Of a stretch of DNA of 64,000 bases, positions 7,740 to 17,220 are shown piece by piece. The position numbers and the translations under genes were made by a program. Below the pieces are notes generated by a model, which saw only the letters and a program-made list of their open reading frames with translations, did not search any database and was not told where the DNA came from. Numbering within the stretch: position 1 is the stretch's first letter; every line of letters starts with the position of its first letter. This DNA comes from Deltaproteobacteria bacterium (GTDB taxonomy: Bacteria; Desulfobacterota; Binatia; JACPRU01): NCBI GenBank assembly GCA_016189835.1, contig JACPRU010000033.1:8253-72252 (forward strand), read 5' to 3'.

Positions 7740-8852
7740 ATGGCTTCGCGACGATCATCGGCGAGCGCCCGCGATCACGGCCAGTCCCTGGTCGAGACGG
7801 TGATCTTCCTGCCCGTCCTGGTCATCATCTTCCTCGGCATGTTCTACCTGAAGGGCCTGCTCGACACCAAGATGCGGGCGGTCGAGGCGGCGCGCTACGT
7901 CACCTGGGAGAACACCTGGATCCCGCGCGAAGGGATCAACCTGAACGTCGCCGAGGACGGCCGCGCTCGCGGTCACAAGGGCAACGCGACGCTGCGCAAC
8001 GAGCTGATCCAGCTCGGCCTCGGAGCTTATCTCTGCAACTCTTGCCCCGCGCAGGGAGTCCAGGGCACGAAGCGCAAGGAGGGACTCGGCGACTACCTGA
8101 GCCGCGTCCAGCCGGGATCCGCGCCGATGACGACGACCATCCCCGCGGTGGTGACCCAGCTCTTCGGCGACCTCGCCGGCTTCGGCGGCGGCAGCACTTC
8201 GGCGTTCACGTCGAATCCCGACGGCCCGCCGAGCACCGGCGGCGGGTCGTCGAGCGGCAGCGGTGCGCTGTCGAGCCTCGATCTCGGCAGCGGCCTGAGC
8301 GACATCTTGAACATCGTCGGCGGAGCCGCCTTCACGGTCTACGGGGTCATGGGCCACCAGACCAAGTGGGGGACGGAGAGCGACGAGTCGGTGCTCACCT
8401 CCCAGGTCGTCTACAAGTACGACGCGGGGGGGACGACGATCTTCGTGCCGCGCTTCGTCTCCGAGCAGTCGAGCATCCTCTCCCACCCCTTCAACATCAA
8501 GCGCAGCAACGACAACGAGGAGCACCATCGCCTGGCGGGCGACGGCAGCTCGTGCACGGACACCAACAACCTCGGCCACATCTTCGATCTCTGGCTCTTC
8601 CCCTCGGGGCAGCCGACGGCGCTGCGCATTCCGAAATGCGCCTTCGCGGCGATCGCGACCGTCACCAATTTTCTCAGCGCCCTGAACCCGTTCTCGCCCA
8701 GCGTGCCGCTGCGGCTCCCGAACGGCACGCTCAAGGAGTACCCGGAGATGGATCTGCCGGCCAGCTCGGGGGTCGGCGGCGGCCCGTCGGGCTCGGGAGG
8801 CGGCACCGGCAGCGGCCTGGGCGGCGGCAGCTCGACGCCGCCGGGATCGTGA
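7740..8852 (+). CDS. TadE-like pseudopilin with a Gly/Ser-rich tail
   Basis: 370 aa. RDHGQS|LVETVIFLPVLVIIFLGMFYL is the TadE N-terminal motif. The C-terminus is GGGPSGSGGGTGSGLGGGSS. Confidence 0.75.
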   Translation: MASRRSSASARDHGQSLVETVIFLPVLVIIFLGMFYLKGLLDTKMRAVEAARYVTWENTWIPREGINLNVAEDGRARGHKGNATLRNELIQLGLGAYLCNSCPAQGVQGTKRKEGLGDYLSRVQPGSAPMTTTIPAVVTQLFGDLAGFGGGSTSAFTSNPDGPPSTGGGSSSGSGALSSLDLGSGLSDILNIVGGAAFTVYGVMGHQTKWGTESDESVLTSQVVYKYDAGGTTIFVPRFVSEQSSILSHPFNIKRSNDNEEHHRLAGDGSSCTDTNNLGHIFDLWLFPSGQPTALRIPKCAFAAIATVTNFLSALNPFSPSVPLRLPNGTLKEYPEMDLPASSGVGGGPSGSGGGTGSGLGGGSSTPPGS

Positions 8853-8863
8853 GGTCGCTATCG

Positions 8864-9658
8864 ATGAAGCGCAGAGTGCTGCCGTCGTGGGTTCACCTGG
8901 TCACCGCCGGGTTGATCGGCGCCCTGTTCCTGGCGTTCCTCATCGTGCGCAGCGGCGGCGTCGAGGCGCGCGCGCAGTCGTTCTTCGATCTGATCGCGCG
9001 GGGCACCGCGCCGATCCTGAATGTGGACTCGATGCTCGGCCGGCGAACCGCCGAGCCGGCGCAGGGCTCCTACGTGCTGAACGGCATGCACGTGAAGTAC
9101 TTCACGATGGGCGCGCCGCAGGGGGGCGGGAGGACGATCATCGAGCTCGAGAACCTGATGGCGCGGGCCGGCTACATCCACCGCATCATTCCGGTCCAGG
9201 GCGTGCCCACGCTGGTCGGCATCCATCCCGAGACCAAGATGCTGCTGACCGCGCGGCCGGGGCGCGACCGCCGGGGCGCTCCCGCCATTCGCTTCTCGCA
9301 GCAGAACCTCTCCGAGCTGCGCGAGGACTTCCCGGCGGAGATCCCCGGCGTGCCGGTCTATCCCGGGGCGAGCGGCAAGATGCTGATCTCGTCGGAGGGC
9401 GGCGCCAAGAGCGAGAGCCTGATGTACGCGGCCGGCGGCACGGCCGAGGACATCAGGCGCTACTACCTGGCGGAGATGCAGCTCGCGGGCTGGTCGCCGG
9501 TCGTCGCTCCGCCCGCGCCGGCCGGCCTCGCCGCCGGGGTGATGTTCTTCTCGAGGGGCGGGGAAGAGGCATCGGTGCTGCTGGCCGAAATCCCGCAAAC
9601 CGCCGCCGCGATGGTGCTGGTGACGGTCGGCGGCGCGCACGCGGCGGAGGCCGGATGA
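8864..9658 (+). CDS. N-terminally membrane-anchored hypothetical protein within the Tad operon
   Basis: 264 aa starting at the ATG inside ORF 8042..9658. It has one TM (VHLVTAGLIGALFLAFLIV). I recognise no family. Confidence 0.55.
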   Translation: MKRRVLPSWVHLVTAGLIGALFLAFLIVRSGGVEARAQSFFDLIARGTAPILNVDSMLGRRTAEPAQGSYVLNGMHVKYFTMGAPQGGGRTIIELENLMARAGYIHRIIPVQGVPTLVGIHPETKMLLTARPGRDRRGAPAIRFSQQNLSELREDFPAEIPGVPVYPGASGKMLISSEGGAKSESLMYAAGGTAEDIRRYYLAEMQLAGWSPVVAPPAPAGLAAGVMFFSRGGEEASVLLAEIPQTAAAMVLVTVGGAHAAEAG

Positions 9659-9698
9659 CGCCGCGCGCGACGCCCCGGCGATCCGCCGGCCGGCGAGG

Positions 9699-9728
9699 TT
9701 GTCAAATCACGACGCGGTGTCCTATAGG
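9699..9728 (+). promoter_or_regulatory. Candidate sigma70-type promoter (TTGTCA -N18- TATAGG) for flp3-cpaB
   Basis: -35 TTGTCA at 9699-9704 and -10 TATAGG at 9723-9728, followed by AGGAAG and ATG 9738. Motif match only. Confidence 0.35.
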
Positions 9729-9737
9729 AAGCTGGCC

Positions 9738-9914
9738 ATGAGCGAGTGCAAGCCCGCCTCACGACGTCGCGAGCGCGGTCAGGCGATGACGGAGTACGTC
9801 GTGCTTCTGTTCGGCTGCATGCTCGGGCTGCTGGCGATCCTGACGCCGATGGCCAACGCGATTCACAACTACATGAAGTCGATCTACTTCTGCGCGTCGC
9901 TGCCGTTCCCGTGA
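9738..9914 (+). CDS. Flp-family prepilin (Flp3)
   Basis: 58 aa. MSECKPASRRRERGQA|MTEYVVLLFGCMLGLLAIL is the Flp EY motif. I prefer the ATG with upstream AGGAAG over the TTG at 9699. Confidence 0.8.
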   Translation: MSECKPASRRRERGQAMTEYVVLLFGCMLGLLAILTPMANAIHNYMKSIYFCASLPFP

Positions 9915-9957
9915 GCCCGTCGAGCCTTCACGTCCCGAGGCGGTAGGGGAGGATGCC

Positions 9958-10785
9958 ATGCAGAGTCGTATGCCGATCGTCGTTGCGCTCGTGGTCGCGG
10001 TCGCGGCGATCATTCTCACCAATCTGTACATCGAGCAGATCCGCCGGGAGTCCGAGCCGGCCACGTCGACCGTGATGGTGGCGTCCCGCGACCTGACGCC
10101 GGGGACGATCCTCGCCAAGGAGGACATCGCGTTCGCCGTCCGCTACACCCAGGCGCTGCCGCGGTTCAACGTGCCGTACAACGAGAACACGCTGTATCTC
10201 GGTCAGGAGCTGACGATCGCCGTGACCAAGGACGACTACATCCTGTCGACCTACTTCGGCGGCGGCGCGCCCGGCGAGCGCAAGCTCTCGCAGAAGGTCG
10301 ACGCCAAGCTCAATCAGCGCGCGATGACGATCCCGGTCGACAACGAGCAGGGTCTCGAGGGCTCGATCCTGCCGGGCGACCGCATCGACCTGCTGCTCAG
10401 CTACCAGACCGCCGTGCCGACCGAAGCGGTCGCGGCGAGGCCGCCCGCGGGGGCCGCCGCCGCCCCGCCGCGGCGCGCCGAGTTCGTCACCGCGTCGCTG
10501 CTCGAGAACGTATACGTGCTCACCACCGGCCGGTACGGCTCCGCCAGCGAGACGCAAGGGCGCTACCGCTCGCTCACCATCCTCGTCAGCCCCGTCGAAG
10601 CGAAGCTGCTGATCTGGGCCATGAACCTCGGGAAGCTCTCGGTGCTGCTGCGCAATCCCAAGGACTTGCAGGCCACCGATCGCGCGGTCGCCTCGGGAAA
10701 CACCGACGATCTCAAAGGCCTCGGCCAGGTGCGCTTGAATATCCCGGAGGTCGTGGCCAAGAATCGGGCCAGCGGCGGCCAATGA
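9958..10785 (+). CDS. cpaB: Flp pilus assembly protein CpaB/RcpC
   Basis: 275 aa. N-terminal TM, then a SAF-like segment (VMVASRDLTPGTILAKEDI) and an RcpC-like segment (MTIPVDNEQGLEGSILPGDRIDLL). Confidence 0.85.
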   Translation: MQSRMPIVVALVVAVAAIILTNLYIEQIRRESEPATSTVMVASRDLTPGTILAKEDIAFAVRYTQALPRFNVPYNENTLYLGQELTIAVTKDDYILSTYFGGGAPGERKLSQKVDAKLNQRAMTIPVDNEQGLEGSILPGDRIDLLLSYQTAVPTEAVAARPPAGAAAAPPRRAEFVTASLLENVYVLTTGRYGSASETQGRYRSLTILVSPVEAKLLIWAMNLGKLSVLLRNPKDLQATDRAVASGNTDDLKGLGQVRLNIPEVVAKNRASGGQ

Positions 10786-10808
10786 GCGGCCCGGCCGCGT
10801 AGCTTGCG

Positions 10809-12434
10809 ATGATCTCGCTCAAGGTCCACGGCGAATCCCATCCCCAGTCCCGAGTCGAGCAGTTCGCCAAGGACGAGGTATCGATCGGGCGGGTGGCGGG
10901 GAACGACCTGGTCCTGGCCAACACCACGGTCTCCTCGCATCACGCGCGGATCTACCGGTCGAACGGCTCGTGGATGGTCGCCGACCAGGAAAGCACGAAC
11001 GGCACGTTCCTGAATGGGGAGCGGGTGGGCGGCCCGGCATCGCTGTCGGACGGCGACGAGATCGCGGTCGGCGAGTTCCGCATCCGCGTCGACCTCGGCC
11101 AGGAGGCGAGAGCGCCGGAGCCGGCGGGGGAGGCCGAGCCGGCGCACGCCGACGACGCCGCCGTGCGCGAGATCCGCCAGAAGATCCACAAGCGGCTGAT
11201 CGAGTTTCTCGATCTGCGCTGGGTGGATCTCAGCAAGCTAGGCGAGGACCAGATCCGCTCTCAGGCGCGCGGCGCGATCGAGAACATCCTGCGCGAGATG
11301 GCGTGGGAGATCCCGAAGGGGCTGAACCGCGACCGGCTCATCCAGGAAGTGCTCGACGAGGCCCTCGGCCTGGGGCCGCTCGAGGACCTGCTCGCCGACG
11401 ACGACGTCTCCGAGATCATGGTCAACCGCTTCGACCAGATCTACATCGAGCGCAAGGGCAAGCTGGTGCTCTCGGACAAGAAGTTCACCAGCAACCGCGC
11501 GGTGCTCGGCGCCATCGAGCGCATCGTCGCGCCAATCGGACGGCGCATCGACGAGAGCTCGCCGATGGTCGACGCGCGCCTCAAGGACGGATCGCGCGTC
11601 AACGCGATCGTCCCGCCGCTGGCGCTGAAGGGCCCGTCGATCACCATCCGCAAGTTCAACAAGACCCCGCTCACGGCCGACGACCTGGTGCGCTTCGGGG
11701 CCATGACCCGCGGCATGGCGAACTTCCTGAAGCTGTGCGTCGAGCTGCGCCAGAACATCGTGGTCTCCGGCGGTACCGGCTCGGGAAAGACCACCCTGCT
11801 CAACATGCTCTCGTCCTTCATCCCCGGCGACGAGCGCATCGTCACCGCCGAGGACTCGGCGGAGCTGAAGCTCCAGCAGGAGCACGTCGTCTCGCTCGAG
11901 ACCCGCCCGCCGAACCTCGAGGGAACCGGCGCGGTGACGATCCGCGACCTGGTGCGCAACTCGCTGCGCATGCGCCCCGACCGCATCGTGGTCGGCGAGT
12001 GCCGCGCGGGTGAGGCGCTCGACATGCTGCAGGCGATGAACACCGGTCACGACGGCTCGATGACCACCCTGCACGCGAACTCGCCGCGCGACGCCCTGGC
12101 GCGCATGGAGACCCTGGTGCTGATGGCCGGCATGGACCTGCCGGTGCGCGCGATCCGCGAGCAGATGGCCTCGGCGGTCAACATCATCCTGCAGCAGACG
12201 CGCTTCAGCGACGGCAGCCGCAAGGTGACCTCGATCTCGGAGGTCACCGGCCTCGACGGCGACCAGATCCAGGTCCAGGAGATCTTCTACTTCAAGCAGG
12301 ACGGTTACGACGCCAAGGGCAAGGTCGTCGGCCGCCACGTGCCGACCGGCTACATTCCGCGGTTCTACGAGCAGCTGCGCCAGCGCGGTCTAGCCGCCGA
12401 TCTGACGATCTTCCGCAGCGAGGAGGCGAGCTAA
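10809..12434 (+). CDS. FHA domain fused to a CpaF/TadA-type secretion ATPase (paralog 1)
   Basis: 541 aa. FHA signature IGRVAGNDLVL..SSHHARIY..STNGTFLNG. ATPase part: Walker [52 protein letters not shown]. Confidence 0.9.
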   Translation: MISLKVHGESHPQSRVEQFAKDEVSIGRVAGNDLVLANTTVSSHHARIYRSNGSWMVADQESTNGTFLNGERVGGPASLSDGDEIAVGEFRIRVDLGQEARAPEPAGEAEPAHADDAAVREIRQKIHKRLIEFLDLRWVDLSKLGEDQIRSQARGAIENILREMAWEIPKGLNRDRLIQEVLDEALGLGPLEDLLADDDVSEIMVNRFDQIYIERKGKLVLSDKKFTSNRAVLGAIERIVAPIGRRIDESSPMVDARLKDGSRVNAIVPPLALKGPSITIRKFNKTPLTADDLVRFGAMTRGMANFLKLCVELRQNIVVSGGTGSGKTTLLNMLSSFIPGDERIVTAEDSAELKLQQEHVVSLETRPPNLEGTGAVTIRDLVRNSLRMRPDRIVVGECRAGEALDMLQAMNTGHDGSMTTLHANSPRDALARMETLVLMAGMDLPVRAIREQMASAVNIILQQTRFSDGSRKVTSISEVTGLDGDQIQVQEIFYFKQDGYDAKGKVVGRHVPTGYIPRFYEQLRQRGLAADLTIFRSEEAS

Positions 12435-12436
12435 CG

Positions 12437-13300
12437 ATGTTCGGCACGGGACTTCCGGTCGGTCCGCTGCTGTCGCTGGTGCTCGCCACGGCGCTCGCGA
12501 CGATGTTCTACGGCGCGTGGACGATGCTGGAGGCGGCCTACGCCGATTACCGTAAGGCGTACGTCGCGGAGGCCGCGGTGTCGCTCGGCGACCTGTTTTC
12601 CACGATGAGCCCGGAGCGGGTCTTCAACCTAAGCCTGCTGTTCGCCGGGATCGCGTTCATGCTCTTCGCGGTGCTGATCAACGTGATCGCCGGCGCGTTC
12701 TTCGCGGTGGGCGCCTTCTTCTCGCCGCGCATGTACTTCAACCTCGCCCGCGACAAGCGCCGCCTGGTGTTCTCCGAGCAGCTCGTCGATGCCCTCGGCA
12801 TGATGGCGAATTCGCTGCGCGCGGGGTTGACGCTGCCGCAGGCGATGGAGCTGGTGCAGCGCGAGATGAAGCCGCCGATCACCCAGGAGGTCGGCCGGGT
12901 CCTGCAGGACTACCGCCTCGGCAAGGATTTCGACGAGGCGATGCTGTCGATGGCGAAGCGGGTCGGGAGCCGCGACCTCGACATCCTCGTCAACTCGGTG
13001 ATGATCACCCGGCGCAGCGGCGGCAACGTCGGCGAGATCTTCGGCAACATCGCCACCACGATCCGCGAGCGCTTCCGAGTCGAGCAGAAGCTGCGCGCCA
13101 TGGCGTCGACCGGCACCGCCCAGGCCTTGCTCATGTCGGCGATGCCGTTCATGTTGATGGGAGCGCTGTTCTTCGTCGAGAAGGAGTACGTGATCCTCTT
13201 GTTCTCGACCACCGTCGGCCTGATCGCGGTCGGCGTGGTCGTGTTCCTGGTGGTCGCCGCGTTCTTCTGGATCCGGCGCATCATGGACCTGGACATCTGA
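12437..13300 (+). CDS. tadB: TadB-like type II secretion system F-family platform protein
   Basis: 287 aa. The T2SSF domain pattern is LVDALGMMANSLRAGLTLPQAME...ITRRSGGNVGEIF, flanked by TM helices. Confidence 0.85.
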   Translation: MFGTGLPVGPLLSLVLATALATMFYGAWTMLEAAYADYRKAYVAEAAVSLGDLFSTMSPERVFNLSLLFAGIAFMLFAVLINVIAGAFFAVGAFFSPRMYFNLARDKRRLVFSEQLVDALGMMANSLRAGLTLPQAMELVQREMKPPITQEVGRVLQDYRLGKDFDEAMLSMAKRVGSRDLDILVNSVMITRRSGGNVGEIFGNIATTIRERFRVEQKLRAMASTGTAQALLMSAMPFMLMGALFFVEKEYVILLFSTTVGLIAVGVVVFLVVAAFFWIRRIMDLDI

Positions 13301-13301
13301 G

Positions 13302-14201
13302 GTGGCGATGGGCTTCGACGTGCTGACGTTCTACGCGATTCTCGGCTGCTGGGCGGTCGCCTCGTTCCTGCTCACCTACCTGATCATCATCAACCGCCCG
13401 GAGGCGATCGCGCGCCCGGAAGGCCGCGAGGAGCAGATCCCGAACGCGGTGATGCGCATCGCGCTGCCGATCGCCCGCATGCTCGCTCCATTGCACCGCA
13501 ACGCGGCGAACACGCCTCGCGGCCGCGACCTGAACCGCACGCTGGTACGCGCCGGGCGGCCCTTCGGCCTGACCGTCCCGGAGTTTCTCTGTCTGCGCTA
13601 CGTGGCGATCGTCGCCGGGGCGCTGTTCGGCTGGGCGATCGCCTTCGGCTTCACGGGGCGAGGCGATCCGGTCTACGTGGCGGGCGGCGTGGTGCTGTTC
13701 TTGATGCTGCCGGGGTCGCGCCTGAAGGGCATGGTGGAGTGGCGGCGCGTGCGGATCTTCCGCGACATGCCGTACGTGCTCGACCTGCTGGTGTTGTCGA
13801 CGGAAGCCGGCCTCGACTTCTCCTCGGCGATGAACACGGTGGTTGAGAAGGGTCCGAGCGGTCCGCTGGTCGACGAGTTTCGCGTCGCGCACCAAGAGGT
13901 GACGCTCGGCAAGTCGCGCGCGGACTCGCTGCGCGCCATGGCCGAGCGCATCGACCTCGCCGAGCTGACGAGCTTCATCCTGGCGCTGATCCAAGCCGAG
14001 CAGCTCGGTGCGAGCGTCGGCAAGATCCTGCGCATCATGTCCGAGCAGATGCGCATCAAGCGCTTCACGATCGCCGAGGAGATGGCCGGGAAGGTTCCGG
14101 TGAAGCTCATGGCGCCGCTCTTCGTTTGCATCTTCCCGGCCTCCTTCCTGGTCCTCGGCGTGCCGATCTATCTGAAGGCGAGCCTCGGCGGGCTGAGCTG
14201 A
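13302..14201 (+). CDS. tadC: TadC-like type II secretion system F-family platform protein
   Basis: 299 aa. MPYVLDLLVLSTEAGLDFSSAMNTVV...LIQAEQLGASVGKILR with C-terminal TM helices. Confidence 0.85.
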   Translation: MAMGFDVLTFYAILGCWAVASFLLTYLIIINRPEAIARPEGREEQIPNAVMRIALPIARMLAPLHRNAANTPRGRDLNRTLVRAGRPFGLTVPEFLCLRYVAIVAGALFGWAIAFGFTGRGDPVYVAGGVVLFLMLPGSRLKGMVEWRRVRIFRDMPYVLDLLVLSTEAGLDFSSAMNTVVEKGPSGPLVDEFRVAHQEVTLGKSRADSLRAMAERIDLAELTSFILALIQAEQLGASVGKILRIMSEQMRIKRFTIAEEMAGKVPVKLMAPLFVCIFPASFLVLGVPIYLKASLGGLS

Positions 14202-14214
14202 GATCCCGCTGCCT

Positions 14215-15639
14215 ATGAACGTTCGCCTCGAGGACGTCGAAGAGATCCGCTTCGTCGTGGTCCAGGGCGCCACCACCGGATCGCGGGTCACCTTCGCCCC
14301 CGAGCCCCGCACCGTGCGCATCGGCCGCGCGGTGGACAACGACATCGTGCTGAACGATCCGGCCGTGTCGCGGGCGCACGCCCGGGTCGACATTTCGGCC
14401 GACGGCGCGCGGATTCAGGACCTCGGCAGCGCGGGTGGAGTCGAGAAGATGGGGTTCCGGCTCGGCGCCGCTGCCGAGCCGCTGGTGAGCGGCGACGAGT
14501 TCAAGATCGGCGCGACGATCCTGCGCTACGAGCTGCTTCTCAAGAGGGGCGCCGTTCGCCGCGCCGCGAAGCCGGAGGAGGAGGCGGCGAAGAAGAAGGC
14601 CGCGCTGCCGGCGCCAAGGGAGCTGGTCGGCGCGGTGAGCAAGTCGTTGCGCCGATTCGGGCTGCGCACCCCGGCGAGCCAGATCCTCGCGCTCGCCGCC
14701 GTGGCCGCGCTCCTCGTCGTCGCCTTCTGGCCGTCGAAGCCCGGCCTGCCCCCGCAAGCCGGGGCCGAGCCGGCGCCGATCAACTTCGAAGCGGTGGTCG
14801 GCTACGTGCCGGGGGGCGACCAGAGCCATCTCGACGGCGCGGTCTTCGAGATCCCGACCGACGCCGACGCCCAGGCGATCTACTTCAAGGTGAACGCGCC
14901 GCACGGGATCGACGTGCGCGTCGGCAAGCAGGTGATCGTCTCGCAGAAGCCGTCCGGCGACTGGCGCGATCTCATGTTGCTGGTGATCCCGCGGGCGGTG
15001 TCCGGGGACGGCGCGCCGCAGTTCGTGCTCGACAACCTCGGCTACGCGCCGGCCGACGGCGGGGTAGACCCCGCGGCCGCTCCCGGCTGGGCGGTGGCGA
15101 GGATGTGGGCGGCACGGGTTGCGGCGGGCGCCACGCTGCAGGCGCAGGTCACCGCCGACGCCAAGATTCTCGAGACGCTGTCGACGGAAGTGGCGCAGGA
15201 TTCGCGAGAGCTCTACCGCTTGGTGGCCGGACTGCGCAGCCTCGCGGTGGGGCTCATGAAGCTCGCCGGCCGCCCGGTGATCGTCCTGCAGCTCGGCGGC
15301 ACGGCCCGGGGAGACCTGGTCACGCCCGCCCTGCGGTCGGCGCGCGAGGCGCTCGAGGGCGGCCAAAACGGGCCGGCGCTCGACCGCCTGACGCAGGCGC
15401 TCGGGGCGGCCGAGAGCCGGCTCGATCGCGAGTACCGCGAGCGCTTCAACGCGCTCCAGCTGCTGCAGAAGCGTGGCGCTGGCCAGGAGGTGGGGGCCTT
15501 GCTCGCCTCGCTCGAGCCCTGGATCCCGGAGCCCACCGATCCGCGTCATCGCGAGATCCTCAGCCAGAAGCAAAACCTTGATGCGGCGGCCCAATACGGC
15601 TACGACGAGGCCAAGAAGAAGGCCGAGCTCGAAGATTAG
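14215..15639 (+). CDS. Bitopic FHA-domain protein (cytoplasmic FHA, one TM, about 290-aa periplasmic region)
   Basis: 474 aa. FHA signature IGRAVDNDIVLNDPAVSRAHARVD...SGDEFKIG. TM helix ILALAAVAALLVVAFW. The C-terminal domain is unrecognised. Confidence 0.8.
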   Translation: MNVRLEDVEEIRFVVVQGATTGSRVTFAPEPRTVRIGRAVDNDIVLNDPAVSRAHARVDISADGARIQDLGSAGGVEKMGFRLGAAAEPLVSGDEFKIGATILRYELLLKRGAVRRAAKPEEEAAKKKAALPAPRELVGAVSKSLRRFGLRTPASQILALAAVAALLVVAFWPSKPGLPPQAGAEPAPINFEAVVGYVPGGDQSHLDGAVFEIPTDADAQAIYFKVNAPHGIDVRVGKQVIVSQKPSGDWRDLMLLVIPRAVSGDGAPQFVLDNLGYAPADGGVDPAAAPGWAVARMWAARVAAGATLQAQVTADAKILETLSTEVAQDSRELYRLVAGLRSLAVGLMKLAGRPVIVLQLGGTARGDLVTPALRSAREALEGGQNGPALDRLTQALGAAESRLDREYRERFNALQLLQKRGAGQEVGALLASLEPWIPEPTDPRHREILSQKQNLDAAAQYGYDEAKKKAELED

Positions 15640-15648
15640 GCCGGCAAG

Positions 15649-17193
15649 ATGATTCTCTCGGTTTCGCAAGCCGGAAACGGGTCGCCCCGGCGCCTCGATC
15701 TCCAGGGCGCGGAAGTCGTGCTCGGGAAGCATCCCGATTGCGACGTCGTGCTCGCCGACGCGAAAGTGTCCCGCCGCCACGCGCACATCGTGTCCCGCGC
15801 CGGAGCGCTGTTCATCAACGACCTCGGCAGCACCAACGGCACGAAGGTCAACGGCAAACGGCTCGACGGCGAGGCGCCGCTGCGCAGCGGCGACGTGATC
15901 GAGATCGCCGCGTTTCGCATCCAGGTCGACGAAGGCCCCGCCGGCGCCGCGCCCCGGCCGGCGCAGCGGGCGCCGGCGGAGCCGAAGCCGGCGGCGCCGA
16001 AGCTCGCGGAGAAGGCGGCGGAGGCGAAGGCCGAGGAGGAGAGCGAAGAGGCCAAGAAGGCGCGCATGTTCTGGGCCTCGATGGAGAGCTTCTTCCAGCC
16101 GATCTGGCAGTACATCGAGAACCCGTCGGTGTCGGAGATCATGGTGAACGGCCCGCGGGAGATCTTCTTCGAGAGGAAGGGGAAGCTCGAGCGGTCGCCG
16201 GCGACGTTCACCGAGGAGGGCGTCCGCGCGGCGATCATGAACGTGGCCCAGTTCATGGGCCGGCGCGTGAACGAGGAGAATCCCTATCTCGACGCCCGCC
16301 TGCCCGACGGCTCGCGCGTGGCCATCGTGCTGCCGCCGTGCTCGCGCAAGGGGCCGAGCATCGCCATCCGCAAGTTTTCGAAGGAGAAGCTGACGCTCCA
16401 GGACCTGATCCGCTTCGGGACGATGAGCGAGGAGATCGTCCAGTTTCTCGACATCGCCGTGAAGCTGCGCAAGAACATGATCGTCTCGGGCGGCACCAGC
16501 TCGGGAAAGACCAGTCTTCTGAACATCATCTCGGCGCTGATCCCGAACGAGCAGCGCATCCTCGTGATCGAGGACTCGGCCGAGCTGCAGCTCCAGCAGG
16601 AGCACGTGCTGCCGCTGGAATCGAAGCCGCCCGACAAGCACGGCAAGGGCGAGGTGACGCTGCGCGAGCTGGTTCGTGCCTCGCTGCGCCTGCGTCCCGA
16701 CCGGATCGTCGTCGGCGAGGTGCGCGGCGGCGAGGCGCTCGACCTGCTGCAGGCGATGAACACCGGACACTCCGGGTCGCTGGCGACGACCCACGCCTCC
16801 TCGCCGTTGCAGACGCTCTCTCGTCTCGAGACCCTGACGCTGTTCTCGGGCCTCGACCTGCCGATCATCGCCATCCGCGAGCAGGTCTCGACGGCGATCG
16901 ATCTCATCATCCAGGCCGCGCGGCTGCCCGACGGGTCGCGCAAGGTGACGCACATCTCGGAGGTCCTGTCGCTGACGCCGGAAGGCAAGTACCAGGTGCA
17001 GGACATCTACCGCTTCGTGCGCACCGGCATGGAGGGGGACCGCATCGTGGGCGAGCATCGAGCCGCCGGAAACCTTCCGTCGTTCCTCGACGAGATCGAG
17101 CTCGCGGGCTTCAAGCTTCCTCCCTCGCTGGCCGAGCTGGCGAGCCAGCCCGGGGCCCGAGAGAAGGTCGCGCGCAAGGCCGGCGCGCATTGA
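15649..17193 (+). CDS. FHA domain fused to a CpaF/TadA-type secretion ATPase (paralog 2)
   Basis: 514 aa. FHA signature LGKHPDCDVVLADAKVSRRHAHIV..STNGTKVNG. ATPase part: [51 protein letters not shown]. Confidence 0.9.
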   Translation: MILSVSQAGNGSPRRLDLQGAEVVLGKHPDCDVVLADAKVSRRHAHIVSRAGALFINDLGSTNGTKVNGKRLDGEAPLRSGDVIEIAAFRIQVDEGPAGAAPRPAQRAPAEPKPAAPKLAEKAAEAKAEEESEEAKKARMFWASMESFFQPIWQYIENPSVSEIMVNGPREIFFERKGKLERSPATFTEEGVRAAIMNVAQFMGRRVNEENPYLDARLPDGSRVAIVLPPCSRKGPSIAIRKFSKEKLTLQDLIRFGTMSEEIVQFLDIAVKLRKNMIVSGGTSSGKTSLLNIISALIPNEQRILVIEDSAELQLQQEHVLPLESKPPDKHGKGEVTLRELVRASLRLRPDRIVVGEVRGGEALDLLQAMNTGHSGSLATTHASSPLQTLSRLETLTLFSGLDLPIIAIREQVSTAIDLIIQAARLPDGSRKVTHISEVLSLTPEGKYQVQDIYRFVRTGMEGDRIVGEHRAAGNLPSFLDEIELAGFKLPPSLAELASQPGAREKVARKAGAH

Positions 17194-17220
17194 AGCCGCG
17201 GCGACGCGAGGGGAGGATCA

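Noticed and set aside
9699-9737. TTG start at 9699 for Flp3 (MSNHDAVSYRKLA extension)
   Set aside because: The TTG coincides with the candidate -35 hexamer TTGTCA. ATG 9738 has an AGGAAG Shine-Dalgarno at proper spacing and gives a leader length similar to Flp1 and Flp2.
10786-10808. Sigma54-like GG...TTGC string (cggccgcgtagcTTGCg) before FHA-CpaF paralog 1
   Set aside because: The GG-to-GC spacing is one to two nucleotides too long, and the -24 element is not TGGCAC-like. It also lies only 23 nt from the cpaB stop, which fits simple read-through.
14107-17190. 1027-aa ORF on the minus strand
   Set aside because: It is antisense to the FHA-TM gene and FHA-CpaF paralog 2, both of which have unambiguous FHA, Walker A and Walker B motifs. 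The minus-strand translation is Arg/Gly/Leu/Glu-rich junk.
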